Source: Trueperaceae bacterium (lineage in GTDB: Bacteria > Deinococcota > Deinococci > Deinococcales > Trueperaceae). From it: a stretch of DNA of 64,000 nucleotides. The stretch lies in assembly GCA_965214405.1 (NCBI GenBank), contig OZ243956.1, forward strand, positions 2,304,001 through 2,368,000, written 5' to 3'. The position numbers were made by a program, and so were the translations under genes. The notes below the pieces were generated by a model that was not told the DNA's origin, ran no database searches, and was given only the letters and a program-made list of their open reading frames with translations. This document shows positions 59,355-64,000 of the stretch, piece after piece (the first letter of the stretch is position 1; the number at the start of each line of letters is the position of its first letter).

Positions 59355-60194
59355 TCAAGGTGACGTGGCGGCTCTTATATCGCCCCCCTCGAGCAGCCCA
59401 TAATCAAATGCGGGCTCGTCCGGGGCAACGTAAATGTTCACAGTTTGCTGCGCGGCAGGACCCATCGTGTCCGCAATCACCGCCGTCACCTCCTCACGAC
59501 CGTTGACGGGCTCGGGCAGCGTCACCGTAACTTGCGCGCCGCAGCCGTATTCGGCCAGCAGGTCGCGGCTCACGGCGACGTGTTGCCAGGGCTCTAAAGG
59601 GATGCTGCACGCGCCCTCTTGCCCCGTGGCGAAGTTAAAGCCGATGCGCGAAAGCGCCTCCGTCCCCGTGGGCAGGGGGCTCGAGGCTGTTGTTGAGGCT
59701 ATTGCAGTCGCATCCTCTTCCCCGCTCACGCCGCCGGTCGCCGCGCCAGCTTCTACCGCGCCATTCGCCACGCCACTAACGACAACGCTGTCGGCAACGC
59801 CGTCAGCCGCGTTTCCCTCCGCGGCATCAACCAACGCGGGGATGACCTCTACAGGCGTAGCGGCTTCTGCGGGTTCGGTTCCGGTGGCGTCGTTGGCAGG
59901 TTCAGCGCTGGGTTCAGCGTTGTTGTTGGTGGTAGCGTCAGCGGGCGTCACGGCCTCTGCGCCGGTTTCTGCTGATGACGCCTGCTCTGACGCCACCCCT
60001 TCTGACGACGCGACCTGAGACGCCGCGACTCCGGCGGGTTCGGTGGGAGAGATGTCCGTCTGGGCGGTCTGCGTGGGGGCGGTGGCCCCGCCAGGCGTGC
60101 GGTCGCGGCCAAGGTTGATGAGCGTGAACACGATGGCGAGCCCGATGATGCCGAGGGCTATCAGAAGTGCAAAATCTACAAAGCGTTCTTTCAT
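59355..60194 (-). CDS. membrane-anchored protein with Ala/Thr-rich linker and C-terminal DPBB/3D-like domain
   Basis: N-terminal TM helix; VAVSRDLL..YGCG...ADTMGP...VNIYV. Confidence 0.7.
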   Translation of the reverse strand: MKERFVDFALLIALGIIGLAIVFTLINLGRDRTPGGATAPTQTAQTDISPTEPAGVAASQVASSEGVASEQASSAETGAEAVTPADATTNNNAEPSAEPANDATGTEPAEAATPVEVIPALVDAAEGNAADGVADSVVVSGVANGAVEAGAATGGVSGEEDATAIASTTASSPLPTGTEALSRIGFNFATGQEGACSIPLEPWQHVAVSRDLLAEYGCGAQVTVTLPEPVNGREEVTAVIADTMGPAAQQTVNIYVAPDEPAFDYGLLEGGDIRAATSP

Positions 60195-60348
60195 GCCCCA
60201 TCATCACCAAAAAAGCGGGCGCTTGCAAGGGGGTGAGGGATACCTTCTCGCTGCGCACCGGAAGAACCTGAAGAAACACCAGAGGAAATTTTGTCAAAGA
60301 GACGCAGAATCCGGGCGAAAAGGTCTGAGAACGGCGTAGACTGACCCA

Positions 60349-60966
60349 GTGAGTATTTTCGAGACCGTCGCCATTATCTTGACCGTTACCGCGCTCTTTG
60401 GTTACGTCAACGAGCGCTTTATCAAACTCCCCACCCCCTACGCGCTGGCGCAGACGCTCCACGTCTCGGGGCCGCTGGCGATGGTCGTGGCGGGGCTTTT
60501 TATCGGCAACCGGGGCCGCCTTTTTGCGATGAGCACCCGGACGCGCGAGCATTTGGACACCTTTTGGGAGATGACCGACGAGATTCTTAACGCGGTGCTG
60601 TTTGTGCTGATCGGCCTCGAGATGGTCTTGGTCGAATACACCCCGCTAAGCCTCCTGGCGACCTTTCTCGCTATTCCCTTGGTGCTCGCGTCGCGTTTGT
60701 TAAGCGTGGGGGTGCCCATCTCGCTCATCCGTCTGCGGCGCGCGTTTTTGCCCTATACGGTCCGGATGATGGTCTGGGGCGGCTTACGGGGCGGCATCTC
60801 GGTCGCGCTCGCGCTCTCCTTGCCGAGCGGCCCGACGCGCGACCTGCTCCTCACCATGACCTACGGCGTGGTGGTGTTCGCCATCCTTGTTCAGGGCCTC
60901 ACCGTCGGGCGAGTGGCCGCGCGCATCACGCCCAGTACCTCAAATAGCCCCTCGAGCACCCCCTGA
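60349..60966 (+). pseudogene. NhaP/CPA1 Na+/H+ antiporter with large internal in-frame deletion
   Basis: The N-terminal helix joins directly to LHVSGPLAMVVAGL...WGGLRGGISVALAL; only 205 aa. Confidence 0.75.
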
Positions 60967-61583
60967 TGCCCAGAGAACGCGAACTCAAGTTCTCCTTGAG
61001 CGAACTTCCCAACTTGAGCGCCCTCGAGAACGAGCTTACAGAAGTAGGCTTCACCGTGCAGGTGTTGGGAACGCGGGTGCAAAACGACACCTACGTTGAC
61101 ACACCGGAGAGGGGGCTCGAGCGCGCCGGACTCGCCCTAAGGGTACGCGAAACGCAAAACGAACGGCTCGCCACGCTCAAGATGGGGGGAGAAACAGCGG
61201 GTGAGGTCAAAGACGGGCTTCACGACCGCGAGGAACTCGAGCTTCCCCTCCAAAACGGTGCGTGGCCCGAGCCCATCCGGGCGCGGCTCGAGGGTCTGGA
61301 CACAGATGCCTTGAAGCCCACTCTCACCTTGCGCAACGAGCGCACCCGCTACCTCGTCCTCGAGGACAAAACGGAGCTTGCCGAACTCTCTCTCGATGAG
61401 GTGACGGCGCGGCGTCCGGGGGAGGCGCGGGAGGTGCATTTTTTGGAGTTAGAAATTGAAGCCCGCTCCGGGTCGGACGAGGATTTACGAGGAATCGCCG
61501 AAGTTCTCAAACGTTTTCTTACCCTCACGCCCGAGAGCCTGAGCAAGCCTCGACACGCCGAAGCGCTGCTCGGCATAAAATGA
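60966..61583 (+). CDS. CYTH-domain protein
   Basis: ERELKF, YVDT, LRVR, REELE and ELEIE motifs. Confidence 0.88.
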   Translation: MPRERELKFSLSELPNLSALENELTEVGFTVQVLGTRVQNDTYVDTPERGLERAGLALRVRETQNERLATLKMGGETAGEVKDGLHDREELELPLQNGAWPEPIRARLEGLDTDALKPTLTLRNERTRYLVLEDKTELAELSLDEVTARRPGEAREVHFLELEIEARSGSDEDLRGIAEVLKRFLTLTPESLSKPRHAEALLGIK

Positions 61584-62140
61584 CGCTTCTGCTCATCCGC
61601 CACGCCAAAGCGGGCAAAAGAGGTCCAAACTATCCCGACGACGGTCTCAGGCCGCTCACCAGGGAGGGGCGGGCGCAGGCGCGGAAACTCGCCAAGCTTT
61701 TCAAGGTTCTGGGAGTTGAGTTTGACTATGTCTTCTCGAGCCCCCACACCCGCGCCCTGGAAACTGCCGAACCGTTAGAAGCGCGCCTAAAAAAGGGAGA
61801 CGTTGAGACGCTTCAAAGCCTCACCAGCGACCTTTATCCACAGTTGCTTGTGGATATCGCCACAAAGTCTGGGGACAACGGGATAAAAAAGGCTGTAAAG
61901 GCGCTAAAAACGACAGAAAAAGCGAAAAATGCCACTGGGGCAAACCTAACCGTCGCTCTGGTGGGTCACGAACCCTACCTCGGCGAATTCGCCTCTTATC
62001 TTCTTACCGCCGACGCTAAACAGGTGAAGATAGATGTCAAAAAGGCGGGCGTGATTGTTTTGCAAGGCCTCCCTGAGCCCAGCAAGATGACGCTTCGGGG
62101 GATGCTCGAGCCGTCCCTTTATGCTCTGCTGAGGGAGTGA
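61580..62140 (+). CDS. sixA: SixA-type phosphohistidine phosphatase
   Basis: RHAKA, RPLT.EG, SSP..RA.ET and VGHEP motifs. Confidence 0.88.
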   Translation: MTLLLIRHAKAGKRGPNYPDDGLRPLTREGRAQARKLAKLFKVLGVEFDYVFSSPHTRALETAEPLEARLKKGDVETLQSLTSDLYPQLLVDIATKSGDNGIKKAVKALKTTEKAKNATGANLTVALVGHEPYLGEFASYLLTADAKQVKIDVKKAGVIVLQGLPEPSKMTLRGMLEPSLYALLRE

Positions 62141-62220
62141 AGGACGGCATTTTCTTCTGTCGAGCTTTGGAAAGACTGTGAGTTCGCGTCACCTGTCTGC
62201 ACGATAGTTTATGATGACAC

Positions 62221-62658
62221 ATGGACGACATTTACGACAACGACGACCAGGAAACTCCACAAGCCAAAATGGGCGACGCGACCTTGGGCAGCGTTGCCGG
62301 TAAGGGCACGCTGCAAATCGTGCGGGGTCCGCGCGCCGACAAAATCCTCGATATCGTCGGCACCTGGCGACTTGCGGACGAAGACGCGGGGGGCGACGTG
62401 AGCGAGATTCACAAGGCGCACGAGGAGGGCCGGACGGTGCGCTACACGGGCCGTCTCGACGACCCCGACTATCCGAACATCAAAGAGGTGGATACAGAGG
62501 TTCGCATCACCTCCATCGGGACGTACCACACCACCCCGCAAGAGGGCGAGGACGAGGGCGAGGAGCGCACGTTCTACAACTACGACGTAACGGGCTCGCT
62601 GCCCTACACCGATGAGGAAGTTTCCGAGGAGTCGGAGTTTGGAAAAGAGAAGCGCTAG
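62221..62658 (+). CDS. acidic hypothetical protein
   Basis: 145-aa ORF with host-like codon usage, very Asp/Glu rich. Confidence 0.6.
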   Translation: MDDIYDNDDQETPQAKMGDATLGSVAGKGTLQIVRGPRADKILDIVGTWRLADEDAGGDVSEIHKAHEEGRTVRYTGRLDDPDYPNIKEVDTEVRITSIGTYHTTPQEGEDEGEERTFYNYDVTGSLPYTDEEVSEESEFGKEKR

Positions 62659-62868
62659 GGGGCTTTCTGTGTTTTTACCCTGTGTAAAAGTGTAGGAGAG
62701 CATTAGGAATATGGAATAGAGAAGGGAGAATGCAAATTTTTGAATTCTGCACTCCTTGTATCCCAGTCTCAGCACGCTTGGAACGACTGCCTGGCAACTC
62801 GAGCCCAAAACGCGCACCTCAATACTCAATAACGTGGATTTGCTACACCGTTCTGACGCCTCGGGTGT

Positions 62869-64000
62869 ATGCTCTCCCCCGTGGCGCGCTGGCAACGAAC
62901 CCTCTACATCATGTTCGCCGCGCAGGTCCTGTCGGCGGTGGGGTTCTCGACCATCTTCCCTTTTTTGCCCGAATACGTGACCTCGCTCGGCAGCACCACG
63001 GGCGTGAGTCTGGCCTTTTGGGTGGCGATGGTTTTCAGCGCGCAGGGTTTCACGATGATGATGGCTTCGCCCGTCTGGGGCGCGGTGGCCGACCGCTACG
63101 GGCGCAAGCTGATGGTGCAGCGGGCGATGTTCGGGGGCGCGGCAATAATCCTGCTCATGGCTTTTGCGCGGAGCGCCGAAGAGCTGGTGCTGCTGCGCGC
63201 GGTTCAGGGGCTTATTACCGGGGTGGTCGCGGCGGCGAACGCGCTGGTGGCGGCGAGCGCGCCGCGCGAGCGCATCGGCTACGCGATGGGGCTGTTGCAG
63301 GTCGGACTCTGGAGCGGCGTGTCGGTGGGGCCGGTGATTGGTGGGATTTTGGCGGACGCCTACGGGTTTCGGGTGGCTTTTTTTGTGACCTCGGGATTAC
63401 TTTTTGCGGGCGGCCTGCTGGTGCTTTGGGGGGTTCAAGAGGAGTTTGTGCGCGTCGAGAGGCCGCGGGGCTCGAGCTACTTCGCCGACTGGAAGCACGT
63501 CTTTTTGGCCCCCGGCGTCAACCCGACGTTTCTGATCCGCTTTACCGCCTGGCTCGGGCACACCATGATTGTCCCCTTTTTGCCCCTCTTCGTCGCCTCG
63601 CTTCTTGTTGACAAGTCGGTGGTAAGCACCTTTACGGGCGTGGTCATCGGCGTCGCCTCGGCGGCGGGCACCCTGAGCGCGATTCTTTTGGGCCGACTGG
63701 GCGACCGCGTCGGGCACAAACCCGTGCTGGTGGTGAGCGCGCTCGTGGCGGCGCTCTTTTACTTGCCGATGAGCCTGGTAGATACGGGCTGGCAGTTCCT
63801 CGTCCTCAACGCGCTCGCGGGCGCGGCGGTGGGCGGGGTGATGCCCGCACTCAGCGCGCTTTTGGCGACCTACACCGAGCACGGCGAGGAGGGCGCGGTT
63901 TACGGTCTCGATAATGCGGTTATCGCCGCGGCTAGAGCCGTCGCGCCGCTCGCGGGCGCGGGCGTGATTTTTCTCTTTGGGGCGTCTGGTGACCCCTCGA
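62869..64000 (+). CDS. MFS multidrug transporter (MdtG/DHA1-like), runs off the window end
   Basis: Frame from ATG 62869 reads MLSPVARWQRTLYIMFAAQ...WGAVADRYGRK. Confidence 0.88.
   Translation, partial: MLSPVARWQRTLYIMFAAQVLSAVGFSTIFPFLPEYVTSLGSTTGVSLAFWVAMVFSAQGFTMMMASPVWGAVADRYGRKLMVQRAMFGGAAIILLMAFARSAEELVLLRAVQGLITGVVAAANALVAASAPRERIGYAMGLLQVGLWSGVSVGPVIGGILADAYGFRVAFFVTSGLLFAGGLLVLWGVQEEFVRVERPRGSSYFADWKHVFLAPGVNPTFLIRFTAWLGHTMIVPFLPLFVASLLVDKSVVSTFTGVVIGVASAAGTLSAILLGRLGDRVGHKPVLVVSALVAALFYLPMSLVDTGWQFLVLNALAGAAVGGVMPALSALLATYTEHGEEGAVYGLDNAVIAAARAVAPLAGAGVIFLFGASGDPS

Noticed and set aside
62730..63611. 293-aa ORF in the track
   Set aside because: Out-of-frame overlap of the MFS gene, which runs off the window and so is missing from the track

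Overview
This is a GC-rich chromosomal window from a Deinococcota bacterium, probably Trueperaceae-like. That placement is inferred from the Thermus/Deinococcus-type V/A-ATPase operon, the fused pxpBC gene and TANNNT leaderless promoters. Housekeeping content includes murJ, a full urate-to-glyoxylate operon split by a small accessory island, pxpA-pxpBC, a P450, the nine-gene V/A-type ATP synthase operon, trehalose/glycogen genes, dnaG, purU, xth, lhgO and prs-rplY-pth. Three intact IS elements have visible terminal repeats and target duplications (IS4, ISKra4/ISLre2-like, IS5). There are also several toxin-antitoxin genes or remnants and several decaying genes. The most notable signal is an unannotated two-gene operon (16655-18161) whose second protein resembles the replication-fork-arrest protein Tus in size and motif order, with a tandem 10-bp repeat in front of the operon. 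Also notable are strong over-representation of the palindrome CTCGAG alongside an orphan N6-adenine methyltransferase, a Cys-motif ABC importer with a DsrE-like gene, a palindromic element inserted in frame in allantoate amidohydrolase, and a structured, repeat-bearing leader on prs-rplY-pth. All homology calls are by eye from recalled motifs; no searches were run.
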